Shown here: in pieces, positions 25,001-35,800 of the stretch | Layout: each line of letters starts with the position of its first letter | Position numbering within the stretch: the stretch's first letter is position 1 | Source: Eledone cirrhosa | Taxonomy: Eukaryota | Assembly (NCBI GenBank): GCA_964016885.1 | Contig: OZ024743.1 | Coordinates: forward strand, 234,422,001-234,486,000 | Direction: 5' to 3' | DNA length: 64,000 bases | Made by a program: the position numbers and the translations under genes | Notes under the pieces: generated by a model | What the model was told of the DNA's origin: nothing | Databases searched by the model: none | What the model saw: only the letters and a program-made list of their open reading frames with translations

Positions 25001-28000
25001 CAAAGTCCGCCGGCGAATGGTGTGCTTCGAAGAAAACGAATCCAAAAATGACGATTTGCCGGCGGAGTTACCTTTTCAATCGCGGGCCGGCCGCCCGTGG
25101 TCGGATCGATCTGTAATTACTGGTACATGTGCAGACACTCATTGGCTATGTGTGGCGTGAATTTCAGCAAGATATCTCCGTAAAATCAATAGTTGTGGCT
25201 GTGGAACCAAACCGTGTTAAACGTCAACAAAGTCCGCCGGCGAATGGTGTGCTTCGAAGAAAACGAATCCAAAAATGACGATTTGCCGGCGGAGTTACCT
25301 TTTCAATCGCGGGCCGGCCGCCCGTGATCGGATCGATCTGTAATTACTGGTACATGTGCAGAGACTCATTGGCTATGTGTGGCGTGAATTTCAGCAAGAT
25401 ATCTCCGTAAAATCAATAGTTGTGGCTGTGGAACCAAACCGTGTTAAACGTCAACAAAGTCCGCCGGCGAATGGTGTGCTTCGAAGAAAACGAATCCAAA
25501 AATGACGATTTGCCGGCGGAGTTACCTTTTCAATCGCGGGCCGGCCGCCCTTGGTCGGATCGATCTGTAATTACTGGTACATGTGCAGACACTCATTGGC
25601 TATGTGTGGCTTGAATTTCAGCAAGATATCTCCGTAAAATCAATAGTTGTGGCTGTGGAACCAAACCGTGTTAAACGTCAACAAAGTCCGCCGGCGAATG
25701 GTGTGCTTCGAAGAAAACGAATCCAAAAATGACGATTTGCCGGCGGAGTTACCTTTTCAATCGCAAACCGGCCGCCCGTGGTCGGATCGATCTGTAATTA
25801 CTGGTACCTGTGCAGACACTCATTGGCTATGTGTGGCGTGAATTTCAGCAAGATATCTCCGTAAAATCAATAGTTGTGGCTGTGGAACCAAACCGTGTTA
25901 AACGTCAACAAAGTCAGCCGGCGAATGGTGTGCTTCGAAGAAAACGAATCCAAAAATGACGATTTGCCGGCGGAGTTACCTTTTCAATCGCAAACCGACC
26001 GCCCGTGGTCGAATCGATCTGTAATTACTGGTACATGTGCAGAGACTCATTGGCTATGTGTGGCGTGAATTTCAGCAAGATATCTCCGTGAAATCAATAG
26101 TTGTGGCTGTGGAACCAAACCGTGTTAAACGTCAACAAAGTCCGCCGGCGAATGGTGTGCTTCGAAGAAAACGAATCCAAAAATGACGATTTGCCGGCGG
26201 AGTTACCTTTTCAATCGCAAACCGGCCGCCCGTGGTCGGATCGATCTGTAATTACTGGTACATGTGCAGACACTCATTGGCTATGTGTGGCGTGAATTTC
26301 AGCAAGATATCTCCGTAAAATCAATAGTTGTGGCTGTGGAACCAAACCGTGTTAAACGTCAACAAAGTCCGCCGGCGAATGGTGTGCTTCGAAGAAAACG
26401 AATCCAAAAATGACGATTTGCCGGCGGAGTTACCTTTTCAATCGCGGGCCGGCCGCCCGTGGTCGGATCGATCTGTAATTACTGGTACATGTGCAGACAC
26501 TCATTGGCTATGTGTGGCGTGAATTTCAGCAAGATATCTCCGTAAAATCAATAGTTGTGGCTGTGGAACCAAACCGTGTTAAACGTCAACAAAGTCCGCC
26601 GGCGAATGGTGTGCTTCGAAGAAAACGAATCCAAAAATGACGATTTGCCGGCGGAGTTACCTTTTCAATCGCAAACCGGCCGCCCGTGGTCGGATCGATC
26701 TGTAATTACTGGTACCTGTGCAGACACTCATTGGCTATGTGTGGCGTGAATTTCAGCAAGATATCTCCGTAAAATCAATAGTTGTGGCTGTGGAACCAAA
26801 CCGTGTTAAACGTCAACAAAGTCAGCCGGCGAATGGTGTGCTTCGAAGAAAACGAATCCAAAAATGACGATTTGCCGGCGGAGTTACCTTTTCAATCGCA
26901 AACCGACCGCCCGTGGTCGGATCGATCTGTAATTACTGGTACATGTGCAGAGACTCATTGGCTATGTGTGGCGTGAATTTCAGCAAGATATCTCCGTGAA
27001 ATCAATAGTTGTGGCTGTGGAACCAAACCGGGTTAAACGTCAACAAAGTCCGCCGGCGAATGGTGTGCTTCGAAGAAAACGAATCCAAAAATGACGATTT
27101 GCCGGCGGAGTTACCTTTTCAATCGCAAACCGGCCGCCCGTGGTCGGATCGATCTGTAATTACTGGTACATGTGCAGACACTCATTGGCTATGTGTGGCG
27201 TGAATTTCAGCAAGATATCTCCGTAAAATCAATAGTTGTGGCTGTGGAACCAAACCGTGTTAAACGTCAACAAAGTCCGCCGGCGAATGGTGTGCTTCGA
27301 AGAAAACGAATCCAAAAATGACGATTTGCCGGCGGAGTTACCTTTTCAATCGCGGGCCGGCCGCCCGTGGTCGGATCGATCTGTAATTACTGGTACATGT
27401 GCAGACACTCATTGGCTATGTGTGGCGTGAATTTCAGCAAGATATCTCCGTAAAATCAATAGTTGTGGCTGTGGAACCAAACCGTGTTAAACGTCAACAA
27501 AGTCCGCCGGCGAATGGTGTGCTTCGAAGAAAACGAATCCAAAAATGACGATTTGCCGGCGGAGTTACCTTTTCAATCGCAAACCGACCGCCCGTGGTCG
27601 GATCGATCTGTAATTACTGGTACATGTGCAGAGACTCATTGGCTATGTGTGGCGTGAATTTCAGCAAGATATCTCCGTGAAATCAATAGTTGTGGCTGTG
27701 GAACCAAACCGGGTTAAACGTCAACAAAGTCCGCCGGCGAATGGTGTGCTTCGAAGAAAACGAATCCAAAAATGACGATTTGCCGGCGGAGTTACCTTTT
27801 CAATCGCAAACCGGCCGCCCGTGGTCGGATCGATCTGTAATTACTGGTACATGTGCAGACACTCATTGGCTATGTGTGGCGTGAATTTCAGCAAGATATC
27901 TCCGTGAAATCAATAGTTGTGGCTGTGGAACCAAACCGTGTTAAACGTCAACAAAGTCCGCCGGCGAATGGTGTGCTTCGAAGAAAACGAATCCAAAAAT

Positions 28001-29551
28001 GACGATTTGCCGGCGGAGTTACCTTTTCAATCGCGGGCCGGCCGCCCGTGGTCGGATCGATCTGTAATTACTGGTACATGTGCAGACACTCATTGGCTAT
28101 GTGTGGCGTGAATTTCAGCAAGATATCTCCGTAAAATCAATAGTTGTGGCTGTGGAACCAAACCGTGTTAAACGTCAACAAAGTCCGCCGGCGAATGGTG
28201 TGCTTCGAAGAAAACGAATCCAAAAATGACGATTTGCCGGCGGAGTTACCTTTTCAATCGCGGGCCGGCCGCCCGTGATCGGATCGATCTGTAATTACTG
28301 GTACATGTGCAGACACTCATTGGCTATGTGTGGCGTGAATTTCAGCAAGATATCTCCGTAAAATCAATAGTTGTGGCTGTGGAACCAAACCGTGTTAAAC
28401 GTCAACAAAGTCCGCCGGCGAATGGTGTGCTTCGAAGAAAACGAATCCAAAAATGACGATTTGCCGGCGGAGTTACCTTTTCAATCGCGGGCCGGCCGCC
28501 CTTGGTCGGATCGATCTGTAATTACTGGTACATGTGCAGACACTCATTGGCTATGTGTGGCTTGAATTTCAGCAAGATATCTCCGTAAAATCAATAGTTG
28601 TGGCTGTGGAACCAAACCGTGTTAAACGTCAACAAAGTCCGCCGGCGAATGGTGTGCTTCGAAGAAAACGAATCCAAAAATGACGATTTGCCGGCGGAGT
28701 TATTTTTTCAATCGCGGGCCGGCCGCCCGTGGTCGGATCGATCTGTAATTACTGGTACATGTGCAGACACTCATTGGCTATGTGTGGCGTGAATTTCAGC
28801 AAGATATCTCCGTAAAATCAATAGTTGTGGCTGTGGAACCAAACCGTGTTAAACGTCAACAAAGTCCGCCGGCGAATGGTGTGCTTCGAAGAAAACGAAT
28901 CCAAAAATGACGATTTGCCGGCGGAGTTACCTTTTCAATCGCAAACCGGCCGCCCGTGGTCGGATCGATCTGTAATTACTGGTACCTGTGCAGACACTCA
29001 TTGGCTATGTGTGGCGTGAATTTCAGCAAGATATCTCCGTAAAATCAATAGTTGTGGCTGTGGAACCAAACCGTGTTAAACGTCAACAAAGTCAGCCGGC
29101 GAATGGTGTGCTTCGAAGAAAACGAATCCAAAAATGACGATTTGCCGGCGGAGTTACCTTTTCAATCGCAAACCGACCGCCCGTGGTCGAATCGATCTGT
29201 AATTACTGGTACATGTGCAGAGACTCATTGGCTATGTGTGGCGTGAATTTCAGCAAGATATCTCCGTGAAATCAATAGTTGTGGCTGTGGAACCAAACCG
29301 TGTTAAACGTCAACAAAGTCCGCCGGCGAATGGTGTGCTTCGAAGAAAACGAATCCAAAAATGACGATTTGCCGGCGGAGTTACCTTTTCAATCGCGGGC
29401 CGGCCGCCCGTGGTCGGATCGATCTGTAATTACTGGTACATGTGCAGACACTCATTGGCTATGTAACGTATTTTCAAACCTCAATCCCTAATTCTAGCGT
29501 ATCTTCAAAACAAAAAACAAAATCCTTTCCTTCTTCCTTCTTCGAAGGCAC

Positions 29552-29663
29552 GGGGCGGTCAAACGCCTAACACTCACAGCCATCATGTGGCCCCCTCCCC
29601 TCGCTCTCTCTCACTCTCTCTCTCTCTATATAAATATATGATAGGAATTCACTTCGCCAAATT
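29552..29663 (+). promoter_or_regulatory. Pol II core-promoter-like motif arrangement (GC box, CT/GAGA repeat, TATA box, Inr), repeated in each 472-bp monomer; motif match only
   Basis: GGGGCGG at 29552-29558; (CT)n at 29604-29627; TATAAA at 29629-29634; CCAAATT at 29657-29663 fits YYANWYY with its A at 29659, 30 nt after the first T of the TATA box. There is no evidence of transcription. Confidence 0.25.
29591..29639 (+). repeat. Polypyrimidine tract and interrupted (CT)n microsatellite followed by a TA-rich run, present in every 472-bp monomer
   Basis: CCCCCTCCCCTCGCTCTCTCTCACTCTCTCTCTCTCT then ATATAAATATAT. Length variants (about -4, -2 and +2 bp) occur in a minority of copies, for example near 37640, 39055 and 40475. 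Confidence 0.92.
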
Positions 29664-29811
29664 TCATTTCATTGCTTGCTTACCACGATATTCATGTAAA
29701 CGTAATGTACAGACTTCATCTCTCTCCCTCCACAAATCTTAATTCTAGCGTATTTTCAAAACAATCCATATTTCGCTAAAACAAACTACATTTTCTGTTT
29801 CTATTAATTGC

Positions 29812-29839
29812 TAAATACGTAGGTTTTTGGACGTATTTA
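29812..29839. repeat. Perfect 9-bp inverted repeat with a 10-nt spacer in each 472-bp monomer
   Basis: TAAATACGT (29812-29820), spacer AGGTTTTTGG, then ACGTATTTA (29831-29839). Confidence 0.9.
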
Positions 29840-32800
29840 ACAGAACAAATTTTGTATTTTTGTTAATCGCTTGTTAAATGCATGGACCCCATTCAATCAT
29901 TACCTTCTTGCTAGCTATTTTCAAACCTTAATTCCTAACGTATTTTCAAACCTCAATCCCTAATTCTAGCGTATCTTCAAAACAAAAAACAAAATCCTTT
30001 CCTTCTTCCTTCTTCGAAGGCACGGGGCGGTCAAACGCCTAACACTCACAGCCATCATGTGGCCCCCTCCCCTCGCTCTCTCTCACTCTCTCTCTCTCTC
30101 TATAAATATATGATAGGAATTCACTTCGCCAAATTTCATTTCATTGCTTGCTTACCACGATATTCATGTAAACGTAATGTACAGACTTCATCTCTCTCCC
30201 TCCACAAATCTTAATTCTAGCGTATTTTCAAAACAATCCATATTTCGCTAAAACAAACTACATTTTCTGTTTCTATTAATTGCTAAATACGTAGGTTTTT
30301 GGACGTATTTAACAGAACAAATTTTGTATTTTTGTTAATCGCTTGTTAAATGCATGGACCCCATTCAATCATTACCTTCTTGCTAGCTATTTTCAAACCT
30401 TAATTCCTAACGTATTTTCAAACCTCAATCCCTAATTCTAGCGTATCTTCAAAACAAAAAACAAAATCCTTTCCTTCTTCCTTCTTCGAAGGCACGGGGC
30501 GGTCAAACGCCTAACACTCACAGCCATCATGTGGCCCCCTCCCCTCGCTCTCTCTCACTCTCTCTCTCTCTCTATAAATATATGATAGGAATTCACTTCG
30601 CCAAATTTCATTTCATTGCTTGCTGTCCACGATATTCATGTAAACGTAATGTACAGACTTCATCTCTCTCCCTCCACAAATCTTAATTCTAGCGTATAAC
30701 AATCCATATTTCGCTAAAACAAACTACATTTTCTGTTTCTATTAATTGCTAAATACGTAGGTTTTTGGACGTATTTAACAGAACAAATTTTGTATTTTTG
30801 TTAATCGCTTGTTAAATGCATGGACCCCATTCAATCATTACCTTCTTGCTAGCTATTTTCAAACCTTAATTCCTAACGTATTTTCAAACCTCAATCCCTA
30901 ATTCTAGCGTATCTTCAAAACAAAAAACAAAATCCTTTCCTTCTTCCTTCTTCGAAGGCACGGGGCGGTCAAACGCCTAACACTCACAGCCATCATGTGG
31001 CCCCCTCCCCTCGCTCTCTCTCACTCTCTCTCTCTCTCTATAAATATATGATAGGAATTCACTTCGCCAAATTTCATTTCATTGCTTGCTGACCACGATA
31101 TTCATGTAAACGTAATGTACAGACTTCATCTCTCTCCCTCCACAAATCTTAATTCTAGCGTATTTTCAAAACAATCCATATTTCGCTAAAACAAACTACA
31201 TTTTCTGTTTCTATTAATTGCTAAATACGTAGGTTTTTGGACGTATTTAACAGAACAAATTTTGTATTTTTGTTAATCGCTTGTTAAATGCATGGACCCC
31301 ATTCAATCATTACCTTCTTGCTAGCTATTTTCAAACCTTAATTCCTAACGTATTTTCAAACCTCAATCCCTAATTCTAGCGTATCTTCAAAACAAAAAAC
31401 AAAATCCTTTCCTTCTTCCTTCTTCGAAGGCACGGGGCGGTCAAACGCCTAACACTCACAGCCATCATGTGGCCCCCTCCCCTCGCTCTCTCTCACTCTC
31501 TCTCTCTCTCTATAAATATATGATAGGAATTCACTTCGCCAAATTTCATTTCATTGCTTGCTGACCACGATATTCATGTAAACGTAATGTACAGACTTCA
31601 TCTCTCTCCCTCCACAAATCTTAATTCTAGCGTATTTTCAAAACAATCCATATTTCGCTAAAACAAACTACATTTTCTGTTTCTATTAATTGCTAAATAC
31701 GTAGGTTTTTGGACGTATTTAACAGAACAAATTTTGTATTTTTGTTAATCGCTTGTTAAATGCATGGACCCCATTCAATCATTACCTTCTTGCTAGCTAT
31801 TTTCAAACCTTAATTCCTAACGTATTTTCAAACCTCAATCCCTAATTCTAGCGTATCTTCAAAACAAAAAACAAAATCCTTTCCTTCTTCCTTCTTCGAA
31901 GGCACGGGGCGGTCAAACGCCTAACACTCACAGCCATCATGTGGCCCCCTCCCCTCGCTCTCTCTCACTCTCTCTCTCTCTCTATAAATATATGATAGGA
32001 ATTCACTTCGCCAAATTTCATTTCATTGCTTGCTTACCACGATATTCATGTAAACGTAATGTACAGACTTCATCTCTCTCCCTCCACAAATCTTAATTCT
32101 AGCGTATTTTCAAAACAATCCATATTTCGCTAAAACAAACTACATTTTCTGTTTCTATTAATTGCTAAATACGTAGGTTTTTGGACGTATTTAACAGAAC
32201 AAATTTTGTATTTTTGTTAATCGCTTGTTAAATGCATGGACCCCATTCAATCATTACCTTCTTGCTAGCTATTTTCAAACCTTAATTCCTAACGTATTTT
32301 CAAACCTCAATCCCTAATTCTAGCGTATCTTCAAAACAAAAAACAAAATCCTTTCCTTCTTCCTTCTTCGAAGGCACGGGGCGGTCAAACGCCTAACACT
32401 CACAGCCATCATGTGGCCCCCTCCCCTCGCTCTCTCTCACTCTCTCTCTCTCTCTATAAATATATGATAGGAATTCACTTCGCCAAATTTCATTTCATTG
32501 CTTGCTGACCACGATATTCATGTAAACGTAATGTACAGACTTCATCTCTCTCCCTCCACAAATCTTAATTCTAGCGTATTTTCAAAACAATCCATATTTC
32601 GCTAAAACAAACTACATTTTCTGTTTCTATTAATTGCTAAATACGTAGGTTTTTGGACGTATTTAACAGAACAAATTTTGTATTTTTGTTAATCGCTTGT
32701 TAAATGCATGGACCCCATTCAATCATTACCTTCTTGCTAGCTATTTTCAAACCTTAATTCCTAACGTATTTTCAAACCTCAATCCCTAATTCTAGCGTAT

Positions 32801-35800
32801 CTTCAAAACAAAAAACAAAATCCTTTCCTTCTTCCTTCTTCGAAGGCACGGGGCGGTCAAACGCCTAACACTCACAGCCATCATGTGGCCCCCTCCCCTC
32901 GCTCTCTCTCACTCTCTCTCTCTCTCTATAAATATATGATAGGAATTCACTTCGCCAAATTTCATTTCATTGCTTGCTTACCACGATATTCATGTAAACG
33001 TAATGTACAGACTTCATCTCTCTCCCTCCACAAATCTTAATTCTAGCGTATTTTCAAAACAATCCATATTTCGCTAAAACAAACTACATTTTCTGTTTCT
33101 ATTAATTGCTAAATACGTAGGTTTTTGGACGTATTTAACAGAACAAATTTTGTATTTTTGTTAATCGCTTGTTAAATGCATGGACCCCATTCAATCATTA
33201 CCTTCTTGCTAGCTATTTTCAAACCTTAATTCCTAACGTATTTTCAAACCTCAATCCCTAATTCTAGCGTATCTTCAAAACAAAAAACAAAATCCTTTCC
33301 TTCTTCCTTCTTCGAAGGCACGGGGCGGTCAAACGCCTAACACTCACAGCCATCATGTGGCCCCCTCCCCTCGCTCTCTCTCACTCTCTCTCTCTCTCTA
33401 TAAATATATGATAGGAATTCACTTCGCCAAATTTCATTTCATTGCTTGCTGACCACGATATTCATGTAAACGTAATGTACAGACTTCATCTCTCTCCCTC
33501 CACAAATCTTAATTCTAGCGTATTTTCAAAACAATCCATATTTCGCTAAAACAAACTACATTTTCTGTTTCTATTAATTGCTAAATACGTAGGTTTTTGG
33601 ACGTATTTAACAGAACAAATTTTGTATTTTTGTTAATCGCTTGTTAAATGCATGGACCCCATTCAATCATTACCTTCTTGCTAGCTATTTTCAAACCTTA
33701 ATTCCTAACGTATTTTCAAACCTCAATCCCTAATTCTAGCGTATCTTCAAAACAAAAAACAAAATCCTTTCCTTCTTCCTTCTTCGAAGGCACGGGGCGG
33801 TCAAACGCCTAACACTCACAGCCATCATGTGGCCCCCTCCCCTCGCTCTCTCTCACTCTCTCTCTCTCTCTATAAATATATGATAGGAATTCACTTCGCC
33901 AAATTTCATTTCATTGCTTGCTTACCACGATATTCATGTAAACGTAATGTACAGACTTCATCTCTCTCCCTCCACAAATCTTAATTCTAGCGTATTTTCA
34001 AAACAATCCATATTTCGCTAAAACAAACTACATTTTCTGTTTCTATTAATTGCTAAATACGTAGGTTTTTGGACGTATTTAACAGAACAAATTTTGTATT
34101 TTTGTTAATCGCTTGTTAAATGCATGGACCCCATTCAATCATTACCTTCTTGCTAGCTATTTTCAAACCTTAATTCCTAACGTATTTTCAAACCTCAATC
34201 CCTAATTCTAGCGTATCTTCAAAACAAAAAACAAAATCCTTTCCTTCTTCCTTCTTCGAAGGCACGGGGCGGTCAAACGCCTAACACTCACAGCCATCAT
34301 GTGGCCCCCTCCCCTCGCTCTCTCTCACTCTCTCTCTCTCTCTATAAATATATGATAGGAATTCACTTCGCCAAATTTCATTTCATTGCTTGCTGACCAC
34401 GATATTCATGTAAACGTAATGTACAGACTTCATCTCTCTCCCTCCACAAATCTTAATTCTAGCGTATTTTCAAAACAATCCATATTTCGCTAAAACAAAC
34501 TACATTTTCTGTTTCTATTAATTGCTAAATACGTAGGTTTTTGGACGTATTTAACAGAACAAATTTTGTATTTTTGTTAATCGCTTGTTAAATGCATGGA
34601 CCCCATTCAATCATTACCTTCTTGCTAGCTATTTTCAAACCTTAATTCCTAACGTATTTTCAAACCTCAATCCCTAATTCTAGCGTATCTTCAAAACAAA
34701 AAACAAAATCCTTTCCTTCTTCCTTCTTCGAAGGCACGGGGCGGTCAAACGCCTAACACTCACAGCCATCATGTGGCCCCCTCCCCTCGCTCTCTCTCAC
34801 TCTCTCTCTCTCTCTATAAATATATGATAGGAATTCACTTCGCCAAATTTCATTTCATTGCTTGCTTACCACGATATTCATGTAAACGTAATGTACAGAC
34901 TTCATCTCTCTCCCTCCACAAATCTTAATTCTAGCGTATTTTCAAAACAATCCATATTTCGCTAAAACAAACTACATTTTCTGTTTCTATTAATTGCTAA
35001 ATACGTAGGTTTTTGGACGTATTTAACAGAACAAATTTTGTATTTTTGTTAATCGCTTGTTAAATGCATGGACCCCATTCAATCATTACCTTCTTGCTAG
35101 CTATTTTCAAACCTTAATTCCTAACGTATTTTCAAACCTCAATCCCTAATTCTAGCGTATCTTCAAAACAAAAAACAAAATCCTTTCCTTCTTCCTTCTT
35201 CGAAGGCACGGGGCGGTCAAACGCCTAACACTCACAGCCATCATGTGGCCCCCTCCCCTCGCTCTCTCTCACTCTCTCTCTCTCTCTATAAATATATGAT
35301 AGGAATTCACTTCGCCAAATTTCATTTCATTGCTTGCTTACCACGATATTCATGTAAACGTAATGTACAGACTTCATCTCTCTCCCTCCACAAATCTTAA
35401 TTCTAGCGTATTTTCAAAACAATCCATATTTCGCTAAAACAAACTACATTTTCTGTTTCTATTAATTGCTAAATACGTAGGTTTTTGGACGTATTTAACA
35501 GAACAAATTTTGTATTTTTGTTAATCGCTTGTTAAATGCATGGACCCCATTCAATCATTACCTTCTTGCTAGCTATTTTCAAACCTTAATTCCTAACGTA
35601 TTTTCAAACCTCAATCCCTAATTCTAGCGTATCTTCAAAACAAAAAACAAAATCCTTTCCTTCTTCCTTCTTCGAAGGCACGGGGCGGTCAAACGCCTAA
35701 CACTCACAGCCATCATGTGGCCCCCTCCCCTCGCTCTCTCTCACTCTCTCTCTCTCTCTATAAATATATGATAGGAATTCACTTCGCCAAATTTCATTTC

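Larger units (their letters stand above)
1..29464. repeat. Satellite array A: head-to-tail tandem repeat, 227-bp monomer, about 130 copies (continues beyond the left edge)
   Basis: The sequence recurs with exact period 227: ORF-track starts are 223+227k up to 29279 = 223+128x227. Only substitutions were seen between copies. A hand count of the first monomer gives 112/227 G+C and 19 CpG. The array ends mid-monomer at ...CATTGGCTATGT (29464). Confidence 0.99.
29489..29764 (+). repeat. 25-bp internal direct repeat in each 472-bp monomer (first copy shown)
   Basis: TAATTCTAGCGTATCTTCAAAACAA (29489-29513) and TAATTCTAGCGTATTTTCAAAACAA (29740-29764) are identical at 24 of 25 positions. Two more degenerate copies of the CTARCGTATTTTCAAA core lie at 29911 and 29935. 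Confidence 0.9.

Noticed and set aside
223-29491. About 120 copies of a 64-aa ORF (MWLWNQ...HWLCVA) as a tandem gene array
   Set aside because: The ORF starts at TTG and has no recognisable domain. Only 32 bp separate copies. Most variants change the amino acid, and premature stops have been amplified (monomers at 7487, 9303, 16340, 19518, 21334, 25193, 28144). This is what a chance ORF in a repeated monomer looks like.
29279-29491. 70-aa fusion ORF across the junction
   Set aside because: It is read-through of the spurious array A ORF into array B. It is useful only as a junction marker.
29479-29491. Telomere-like CCCTAA / CCTAA words in array B
   Set aside because: They are isolated single words in AT-rich sequence with no tandem run.
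29591-29600. G-quadruplex on the minus strand (GGGGAGGGGG)
   Set aside because: Only two adjacent G-runs are present, and no further runs lie close enough on that strand.
29655-29715. Common ancestry of the two monomers, or 472 bp as a dimer of the 227-bp unit
   Set aside because: Only scattered short words are shared (AATTTCA, TAAACGT, ATGTRCAGAC) and they are not collinear. 472 is not 2 x 227, and base composition differs (about 49% versus 37% GC).
29659-29856. Spliced-leader RNA in array B (CAT|GTAAAC donor plus AAATTTTG Sm-like site)
   Set aside because: The donor context is weak, and the Sm-like word lies about 190 nt from the putative start inside a palindrome, too far for typical SL RNAs.
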